Assembly (NCBI GenBank): GCA_951406725.2
Contig: OX597818.1
Span: 47,492,001 to 47,556,000 of the forward strand
Direction: 5' to 3'
DNA from: Octopus vulgaris
Lineage: Eukaryota
Length of the DNA stretch: 64,000 nucleotides
Numbering within the stretch: position 1 is the first letter of the stretch; every line of letters begins with the position of its first letter. Positions 53,400 to 64,000 of the stretch are shown here, piece by piece. The translations under genes and the position numbers were made by a program. The notes beneath the pieces were generated by a model, which was not told the origin of the DNA, did not search any database, and saw only the letters and a program-made list of their open reading frames with translations.

Positions 53400-54085
53400 C
53401 CTTCTATGTATATCGCCTATTTAGTACTTGGATGTTTCATTTATGAGGACATACTCCTGTATTTGTCTGAGTGTTGGGTCCTTTGGGTGCTTCGATAAAA
53501 TGTGGGTGTCAAGTTGACCCAGTGTGCCTCTATGTTAGTCTTTAGGCATGTTGGTAGAGTATGGGGGAAGTTTTTTTTGCTATCATATTGTCTCAAATAT
53601 TCATTTAGTCTCTCTGCAATGCTTCTAGATGTCTCACCAATGTATGTCATGTTCTTGCCTTTACAAGTACCCTCTATGCACCTTATGCTGTAGACTACAT
53701 TTCTAGTTCTACAGTTAATGCCAGGGTTAATCTTACATATCATGCAGTTCTCATTGGTGCATGTAGTATTCTCAAAGGGGTTCATCCAGCATAATTGTAA
53801 TGTGTGTGATGAAGCTCCCTAGTTTTTCAGCCTCCTTCAGAGCTTTCCTAAACCTTCAGGCTGGTGTTCCATGGGCTGTAGCCCCTACGAACATCACTCC
53901 TTGATATTTGTTGGCCTTGTACTATGTGTTCACCGTTTGCTTTGTCACAAACTCTCTGTATCCTATTCCAGTCTTTACTTCTGTATCTAGGGCAGGTACC
54001 ACTAGTTTCATTACATATAATGCTATCTAACTTCTTTCTAGCTCCCCTGTATACCCGAACCCTATTTTTATGGTCATATCCACAA
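53400..54085 (-). mobile_element. Penelope-like element fragment (GIY-YIG endonuclease, Cys-rich linker, Neptune-like)
   Basis: ORF 53441-53785: CTNENCMICK...NCRTRNVVYSIRC...C...YIGETSRSIAERLNE (GIY-YIG). The upstream frame has a GTCPRYRSKDW thumb/linker-like segment. Frameshifted. Confidence 0.85.
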
Positions 54086-54963
54086 AGTGTGTGAGAGAGA
54101 GAGAGAGAGAGGGGGGAGGGAGAGAAACGCAGATTCACTAACTGCATGAAAGATTTAAGGGAAAAATCTGGTTTATTAATTCACAATTATACATACATTA
54201 TATATACATACACACACATACATGCATACAAACATATAAAGTGCCAACGCACGAAACCATTGGCCCTTGAGTCACTGTAACTTCTGATTAATAATTATGT
54301 ATGCATGTATCAACCCATGCCAGCATGGACAACGATCGCTAAATGATGTTGATGATTATAATGTATGTATGGATGTATGTATATACACACACACACGTGT
54401 GTAAGTACAAGAGGGCTTACAGAAGGAAGAATAAGAATACAATATCTAAAGCAGAGAATATATCTTTTATTAGCTGATTACTGTGGGAGCAACTCAAGCG
54501 CTCATTATTTCGTACCAATAAGTACTTTAACCCGAAACTCTTAGCTCTTGAGTAACTTATGCAGTCAGTTCCCTGTCGCTTCCGTTTCCAACCTGCATCT
54601 TTACACCCTTTAAAATTACATCTTCCTTATTTTCTTTGTTTTCCCCTTTCTTTGAAATAAACCACTTATTCATTCATCTCCCATGCAGATTTTTTCCATC
54701 ACTGGCCTTGATAAGAATCATGAGAATTAGGAACAGTTTTATAGAACTAAATTGAATCTGTTTCGATCCTCGTGTTTTTTCCCCCAAAACGAAAGAGTGA
54801 AAGTCGCTACTAGATATGAACAATACATATATTATATCACTATACACAGACACACACGTAATATAAATAATATATATATATATATACATATATATAATAT
54901 ATATATATATATTATATATATATATATAATATATATATATATATATAATATATATATATAATA

Positions 54964-55093
<130 letters not shown>

Positions 55094-56171
55094 TATATCT
55101 ATATATAATAGACAGACATTATATATATATATATGTTATATGTGTGTGTGTGTATTACACATACATACACACATTACACGTTCTCGTGAATGTATGTATC
55201 TGTGTGCGCGTGTGTATGTGTAAAATGAATACAGATTTAGTTTTGAGAAGGTTCATGTTCTCAATGCGAGCTTTCTCTTCCACTGTATTCTGTCACTAGC
55301 CAACGACGTGAAAGAACGTCAAGGTGAAAGATAGAGATTGAAATATTATAATTACTTTATTTTTTATTTACGAATACTTTCTAATAAATCTATTATTATT
55401 TTTAGAATTCAGGAAAAAATATTTAGGATTTATTTTAAGGGATTAATAAAATTTTCAACGGAATTTTTTTCCGGGAAATTGATTCGGGCTGAAAACGGAA
55501 CTCGTCATTTGCAGATGTAGCTTTCATTTAATTGGTTGAAGATACACACCTTGACTAAGTGTGTAATGTTAATGGTGAGCTTGTGCAACAATATATCTCT
55601 GAAAAAAAACGGGGATGTTCTTGTATACTTAACAACCGATTGATATCGCATATGATTTCTCTGTTTAGAATGAGGTCTCTTTCCTGCAATTCCAAATGAT
55701 TTAAGAAAATACGAATTATTTATTGCTTTTTTTTTTTCACTCGACAAAGAAGACGTTCTATTATGTGGTACTTTCTGGTCAAGAGAAACGTCGTCTGCAG
55801 TTAAACACAATTATAGAAGCAGGGGGAGATAACATGATGCGGTAAACAATGTTGGTGTCGGGGGATTTACACTTTCACTTTTAACTTTGTTTTTAATTTT
55901 TTTAGTTATGGTTATTTTCGTGTCGCATTGTCTCAGTTCTAGGGCTTTGTGCGGGTAGAGTTTTGAAGCTCTAGTTCCAACGCCCACCTATCCTCCCCCC
56001 GACCTTCCTTTCCCGTTTTGGGATCTTATTTTTCCAAATTCAGGATCTGTTAAGAAGGAAGGATTTTTCTCGAGAGGAAACTACTTTTTTCCTCTTCCCC
56101 AATCTAGGAGGTGGGTGACTGGCGGACTCTCCACTTTGACAGTATCTTCAGCCAGAATAGCAAACACATTC

Positions 56172-56336
56172 ATGGCGAACTCCAGCATACCTTCCTCGGT
56201 GAATCAAGGCATGGCTCACATAAGTGGTGGGAATTTGGTCAATGGCTACTACAAACAAGGACCATATTCGGGAGGAAGAAGCAGAAATGCCGGCGGTAGG
56301 TCGGGAAGCCGAGGTCGGGGCAAGCCTGCTGCCAGG
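56172..56336 (+). CDS. Probable early coding exon of an unidentified gene, Gly/Arg-rich (RGG-like) N-terminal segment
   Basis: GC-rich, non-repetitive ORF MANSSIPSSVNQGMAHISGGNLVNGYYKQGPYSGGRSRNAGGRSGSRGRGKPAAR ends at a good donor AGG|GTAAGG (phase 0). A pyrimidine-rich acceptor (tttttcctcttccccaatctag) ends at 56107 and the frame is open from 56109. No downstream exon identified before the window end. Confidence 0.6.
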
Positions 56337-58354
56337 GTAAGGAACACTAAAAAAAATTTATTTCTTGTTTGTGTACTTTTATTGTATTATAATCCTTTTG
56401 TAAGTCACAAAAGAATTCTGTGGTCCAAAATGTATTGCATATTGTTTAAATTAACCTCCCTCGCATTCTTTCTGCAGAAAATTATGTCCAGCTTTTTAGG
56501 GAATAAAGGCTGGAGATTTCCTTTCAAACATGTGTATTTTTATATTTAATATATGCTGATGTTTTAAATGATCTTCGTATAAATAAAAAAAAAATGTTAA
56601 GCTGAGATTTTTCAAACATTATCGTATTTATTTTTCAAAAATTTAAATTTACGATTAATTACTCCATCAACGACTATTCACGATTGTCTTGTTTCAATGC
56701 ATTTTAGATATCCACCATCTCCCGTGTTTAAGCATTTAAGAATGAATTTTCAAAATCATTTAAATAGATTTGCTCTTGACATCGTTAATCGTAATTTTAT
56801 TGAAATTATATGATTGCTTTTTTTTTTTTCTCCGCTTTCGTTAACCATTTATACGTGAATTACATCTTAATATAACATTATATATTGTATAATGTATAAT
56901 GCTTCGGTGATCAATTTATTTCATAATTCGGTTTTAATTCATTTTTGTTCAAATTTTTTTCCCATCCTACTACCTAAAACTGTAATTTATATAGATTGAA
57001 ACGAGTTCAGTAATTTAGCCTTTTTATCATACGACCAGCTTTAATCGATCTCTATCTTATTTTAAGCGAATGTCTTGAAATGCTGCTAGAAATTGAGTCT
57101 ACCATAGCTACTACCCCCCCTCCGTCATCCTTCATTACTGATGCTGTTCGATCGAGATGTAGTTGTGGTTGATAATGAATGTAACGTCAGTAGTGGTCGC
57201 TCTTGTTGGCTACCTTGTCATTAACATATGCCGGTTTAAATAAATAGCTCTGAAAAATCATGGGGAATTGAAAAGCCACAATGGAAAATATTTTATTTGA
57301 ATATCTGTGTATTTTAATAATAAGGAATCATTTTACATCAAATAAAGCACCCCCTTTCTTATTCTTTTATTTCTATGTTATAATTTTCTTTCTTCTCGCT
57401 TATTTGGAATTTTAGTTATTTCAATCGAGCTCATTTGATTTTTTTTTAGTTGTATTTTCGTTGTATGAAGTTGCAAAATATATATATATAACGATGAAGG
57501 ATGATCATTTGTTTAGGTATATATTTTAAAAAGATTGAAAATTAGCGCCTTTGTACTAGAAGTAGGAAGTAAGGCATATAATGTTGATTATTGACAAAAA
57601 CAATTTAGCTGTGGATGCAGTCAGCGACGAAACATTGTTAAGAACACCATTCATTCGGTATATTTCCACAATATAAACCCAAATACTTGTTCTAAATTGT
57701 AATTATTATCCATTTTGAGGAAAATTTCTCATCGATCACAACAATTGTTGCATTATCGTTTTCATTTTCATTTCTTTTTTTTTTTTTTCACGTTTTCATA
57801 TAAAGTTCTGTCTTATGTTAACGTTTCACAAAATAATCTAGTTAATTAATAAACAACTAGTAATGAAATAAAATCGAAATTTATTAATATTTATGATGAT
57901 CTTTATTTTCGAGTATAGCTACTCTTTCAGAATTTCGATTTCGGGAGGTCTAATTATTAATTTCATCCCCCTCCTCGCATTGAACATATATTATTTTCTT
58001 CCGATTTCACATATATATATATAAATTTTTCTTGTCTCCTTTAATCTCTTACATTCATGCATTTATTACTTTACAGCAAAACTAATATAAAGACATATTG
58101 CTTATCATTGCATCGGAATATGTTCGACTAATATATAATATATATAATAAATACATATGCTTCTTATTTGCATCGGCCTCTTATTCCCAAACCATCGTTT
58201 AACTACTACAGTCAGTGGTGGTTGCTGGTTGTTTGAATTTTTAACCACTAAATGTAAATGATTTTTTTTTTTTTCATGTACGGGCACTTGTCTTTCATAT
58301 ATTAAGGAAAGACTAACAAAGGAACGCACACACCACACAACACACACGTATATA

Positions 58355-58394
<40 letters not shown>

Positions 58395-59948
58395 GTGTGT
58401 GTATATGATTGATTGATTCTAGTTTCAGCTCACGAGCTGTGGCCATGCTGGGGCACCGCCATTGTATATATTATTCACATCATTTATATATATATGTATT
58501 ATATTATATTATATATATATATATATATATAGATATAAGATGAATGAGCAAAAAACTATATATATATATACATTATATATATGTATATATAAATATATGT
58601 ATATATATATGTGTATTTATATATATATATATGTGTATTTTTATATATGTATATAGTAGTAGTAAGCTTTGATCATTGTAAAATTCAAACTCGTTTTAAA
58701 TATATCTCAACTAGTCTCTCCGCCAACAAAACAGTAATTGTCGTGTATTAGGAAGGAGGAGGAAGAATCAATAGATGACGGTCTTATTTTCTAACCATGC
58801 TATTTATTATGTATTCCATTTTGATTTTTCATTACTTGCTAGATGGCAATATAAAGCACACGTATTTTTTCTTTTGTGTGTTGAAACCCAATATTAATTT
58901 CCCCGGGAGCGTTGTGTATATATATATATATATATATAGCATTTTATTATTTTTCGATTGTATCACCCTATTTCCTCCTTTCTCGTTATTCCCGCAACTA
59001 TGGTCTCTTTCTTAGTCTTAGCCTTGCAGATGGTTCTGTGAATGCTGTCTGCATTTATTTAACATATTCAACATATTCTATCCTTAATATTCAGTTACAA
59101 AGGAAAACGAGAAACTCGAAAATGGATTTTATTTAAAAACCCTTAATTTATTAGCTTTAAATAGTAAATAATTTCGTTTTTTCTTTATTATATATATATA
59201 TATACCCCCCGAGTGATTGTAGCTAATGGAAGTAAATGAATGACTACTGTTGGAACCTAGGAATAATTTTGATCATCCATAGAAACGACTTATCAATTAT
59301 GGTAATGCGGAGATGGTGGTTGTATACGGAAATAGAGAAACTGCTGCTGGTCGCTTGCACTTGTGTGTTAGGTTGGCCACAATTACGCCAAGCCGAGCTC
59401 TGTTGCTATCTGTTGTAATATTTGATAAAATTTCTCCTAAGAATGAGATAATGAGATACGTCGTCCGTGCTCCGCTTCTCTTTGTTGTCGGTTCAATGAA
59501 AGAAGAAAACGAAACAGCAAGGCCAACGTACATTGTGTGTGTGTGCGTGCAATATATATATGTATATATATATATATATATATTTATAATTTTATATATA
59601 TTTATAATTTTATATATATTTATAATTTTATTTATATATATATATTTATAATTTTATTTATATATACATTTATAATTTTATTTATATATATATTTATAAA
59701 ATTTTATTTGTATATATATTTATAATTTTATTTATATATATATATATTTAAAATTTTATTTATATATATATATTTAAAATTTTATTTATATATATATATA
59801 TATATATTTATTTATATATATATTAAAATTTTTATATATATTTATAATTTTATTTATCTATATATATGTAATATAAATATTAAATATATAATACTGTATA
59901 TAATATAAAATTATGCACCTGTGTGTGTATATATATATTATATGTATA

Positions 59949-60026
<78 letters not shown>

Positions 60027-61374
60027 GATGTGAAATAGATATATAACAGTTTATGTATGTATTATATATACATATATGTTTGTGTCTGTGTGTGTGTATG
60101 GTATACGCTTTTCCCTTTTACTCTTTGAAATCTGAAATATTGGCAGACAGTAAAACTAGGAATCTCAGGTCTCTTGGATATTTCGGTTTTAATGTAGAAC
60201 ATTGTCAGAAAGAAGTACTTCGATATTTTCTCCTTTTGACAATTCTGCAGATATGTGTGGTCTTATATAATGTCTTTGTTGGTCGTTTAAATGATTAAGA
60301 TTTTTGGATAGTTTTTCGTTCAAATTTCTCAACGGAACAGAATTAAGTTAGCTTCTAGAAATGGATTCCTCTATCCATTATTATTATTATTATTTTTTTT
60401 TTTTTCTGTCACACACGAACCATTTATTGAATAAAAGGATTCTTGAAAGCCTCCACCAAAGGTGATCGCTTTTTCTAATGTGAGTGTGAAAATGGATACA
60501 GACAGCTTGTGCATTCGTTTTATTGATCTGGCAAATTTCTTTATTTCTATCCACAAAGAACCAACTCCTTTATCTCAATTCTAAGGCTGCATCAGTAAAT
60601 CTATTGTAATCATAAAAGATAATCTTTCTTTCTTATATATTATCGTTGTTTTTTTCCCCCCAAGTCAGCTATATTTAAATCTATGATGAAAGCCGTCCAA
60701 GCCATCCATTGTCCTGTATTTTAATTTCAATTTCATCTGATATGATGTATCTGGGACTACTTCGTCCACTCTGTTCTCTTCTTTTTATTATAAGGATAAT
60801 AGGATGCGTTTTGAGGGAGATGTGACTGCTGTTTCTAGTAGGTCGAGGTGTCAGCGTAGAGACGCATTCATTTAATAGCGCACCATTATCATTTGTTTAT
60901 TGCAGTGGTAAGATTTCGTCAAATCAATTTCGATCTCCAGTAGTCGAAAATTGCTTTCATTTACATCACTGGCGTGAACATCATCAGCTCTCTCCCCATT
61001 CAATTCTTTCATAACTGAATGATGATGCTATGTGAAATATTGAACTGCTACTATTATTATTATTATTATACAACTGCTTTTATATTTTCGAAGATTTTTT
61101 ATAAATATTTTTTTTAATTATTCAAATTGGGTAGTTCTTTTTTTTTTTTTTGAGATGGGTGATTCTGAAGCATGTTAAGATAATCCTAACATGCCTAGTT
61201 CAAATCCTGTCTGGGTTGCTTAAACCGAATACTGATATAATATTATCATGCTGGCTATAAACTCTTCCTATTGAAAATTTGGCATCATCATGCGCAGTAC
61301 GATGAAATCGATCTATAACAATCTCTTCATGTACACATATCTCTGCTTGGTGTATGTGCGTGTGTGTAATTATA

Positions 61375-61422
<48 letters not shown>

Positions 61423-62292
61423 TGTGTGTATAATTATATGTATGTATGCGTGTGTATGATAAATATCTCGATGTAACGGACCCTGATTTAACAGATTTCG
61501 GATACAACGGACTGAATTCTGATGATAAAAGCCAGTGCAAACTACTATAGATGGCTACTATGAATGAATCTTTAAACTACATTGGGGAAAAACGATTGAA
61601 AATAAATTGTATTCGTCTATTAATATTTTATATTTATATACTGTGTACTAGAGAACATTATATCGCGTTTTTGCTTTGTGTTTTTTTTTTCCTTTCGTTG
61701 AAAATAATTTTTTTTAAAAATTACCCCTAGCTAGGATTTGATTTAATGTTCTGTCTTTCCGCATTCGTAGACACACCTTCACGTAGTAGTCGACGGGTTA
61801 CTGTACAAGAGCACACACACACACGCACATGCATGTATATGTGTGTGTGTTTATAAACACATGCATATGAGGATGATAAAGAAACATACATGTACACACA
61901 CATATATAAATGTAAGTGTGTATATGTACATATATTTGTGTATATGTACATATATATATGTAAATGTGTGTGTGTGTATTTATAAACACATGCATATGAT
62001 GATGATAATTAAACATACATGTACACACACATTTATGTAAGTGTGTATATGTACATATATATGTATGTGTATGTTTGTGTATATGTACATATATATGTAT
62101 ATGTGTGTGTATATATATATGTATATATGTGTATATATATATATATGTATATATGTATATGTGTGTATATATATGTATATGTGTGTGTGTATATATATGT
62201 ATATATATATATGTATATGTGTGTATATATATATATGTATATGTGTGTATATATATATATATGTATATATATATGTATATGTGTGTGTATAT

Positions 62293-62330
<38 letters not shown>

Positions 62331-62554
62331 TTGTAAGTAAGTTTATATGTCAACATCAATCATCATTATCATTTTAACGGCCACGCTTCTGTGCTTGTAT
62401 GGGTCAGGTGAAATTCTTTGGTAAATTTTCTATGTCCAGATATCCTCCCTGCCACCAAGCCTATCATATTTCTACTGAAAATTGGAAATGAAAGGCACCG
62501 CTTGCATGATGGTGACATTTGTTTACAACAAGGACATGCTATCAAAACAAAGAG

Positions 62555-62608
<54 letters not shown>

Positions 62609-63248
62609 GATGAGCCTTTTTCCATTTACATATACCAAACCCTCTCACAAGGCTTTGGTCAGCCCTGGGGTATAGTAGCAGGTGCCATCCTGCGGGACTT
62701 AAGCTGAAACCATGTGACTGATATATATTTATCTTTTTAGTTGTTTCAGGCACTGAACTGCAGCCTTGCTGGGACACTGCCTTGAAGAGTTTAGCCCAGA
62801 AAAAAATCAACGTGTACTTATTCTTTTTTCAGCCCAGCTCATATTCTGTTAGTTGCTTTTGCTGAATCACTAAGTCATGGGGAGATAAACACAGTTCTCA
62901 AGTATTGTATTGTGTGTGGAGGTGTAACAAACACAAAGACACACAGTTTCCATCCATCAAATTCACTCACAAGATATTGGTTGGCCTGAGGAATATAATA
63001 GAAGATATTTGCCTATGGTGCCATGCTGTTGGATTGAACCTGGAGCCATGTGGTTGCAAAGTGAGCTTCTCAACAACACAACCTATTTAAAAGATATACA
63101 TTCATGTATATAATGTATACGTACACAAGTATATCATCATGCATATATATATATATAAAATAATGATAATATAAATAATATCATCATCATCATCATCATC
63201 GTTTAGCGTCCGTTTAAACGATGATGATGATATTATTTATATTATTAT

Positions 63249-63280
<32 letters not shown>

Positions 63281-63523
63281 GCATATATACATACATATAT
63301 GTACATACCTACATAGATATGTATATATACATACATATATGGGTACAGGACATCAAAAAAACGTTGAGCACAATGAGAAATGAAAACATAAAAACAAAAA
63401 CTTTTTTTTCGAACAATGAAAAAAAAAAACAAACAGAGAAACGAGACATACAACATAAACAATATTCCCCTTCTTTAGTTGCCCCTGTTTCAACTACTCC
63501 ATGTTTCGAAGGCAAATATATAT

Positions 63524-63574
<51 letters not shown>

Positions 63575-63833
63575 TGGAACATAGAAATACTGAGAATGAG
63601 GGACCCCTGGTTTTTGATAAGGCGTCCCTCTAAGAGAAGGCTAACTTGTCTATAAGACTTGCTGCTCCCCTGAGCCAGATATCTTGCACTTTGACTCTGG
63701 GCTTCCTTAACATTGTTAGTGAGAGTCATCGTGGTGTTGTGCAAGGCCATACTCAACTTCAAACCCTTACATGGACATTGCCAACACTTAACACTTGTCA
63801 GCAATGGTCATGCATGCCAAACGCATAAACAGC

Positions 63834-63897
<64 letters not shown>

Positions 63898-64000
63898 TCT
63901 GAGACCCCCTTCGGTCATGATACAGACCATGGGATTGCACCGAGAAAGTTACCCTCCCAGGCACAAGTCCAGACAAGGTTGTTTATGGAAGACCAGCAGT

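Noticed and set aside
59313-59530. Non-repetitive ORF downstream of the 56.2-kb exon as a possible next exon
   Set aside because: No convincing acceptor/donor pair and no recognisable protein features.
63345-63515. Possible Penelope LTR or hammerhead remnant on the minus strand (CGAAAC...CTAAAGAAGG)
   Set aside because: Truncated at (TA)n and core motifs cannot be assembled in the right order; too weak to call.

Overview
Eukaryotic, AT-rich, repeat-dominated genomic DNA. The SINE/LINE families and (TA)n/(CA)n/(GAT)n load point to an octopod cephalopod (inferred from repeat types, not proven). Nearly all ORFs in the supplied track are microsatellite or repeat noise. One gene signal is solid: the 25-nt first coding exon of ACTL6A/BAF53 (MSGGVYGG-G|GT) on the minus strand at 24132-24156, with no exon 2 recognisable in the 24 kb downstream. 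A second probable exon on the plus strand (56108/56172-56336) encodes an RG/RGG-rich segment and sits in a SINE-poor, CpG-retaining zone. There is also a weak candidate divergent spliced transcript starting about 1.3 kb from ACTL6A. Mobile content includes a full-length but decayed mellifera-like mariner, RTE, CR1 and L2/CR1-like LINE fragments, a Penelope-like GIY-YIG fragment, three SINE families, and Tc1/pogo-, piggyBac- and Helitron/Helentron-type non-autonomous elements, some nested three deep. The most unusual structures are: a 16-unit minisatellite made of near-perfect U1-complementary 5' splice sites; SINE dimers and trimers bracketed by a single TSD pair; and repeated fold-back palindromes at retroelement ends.
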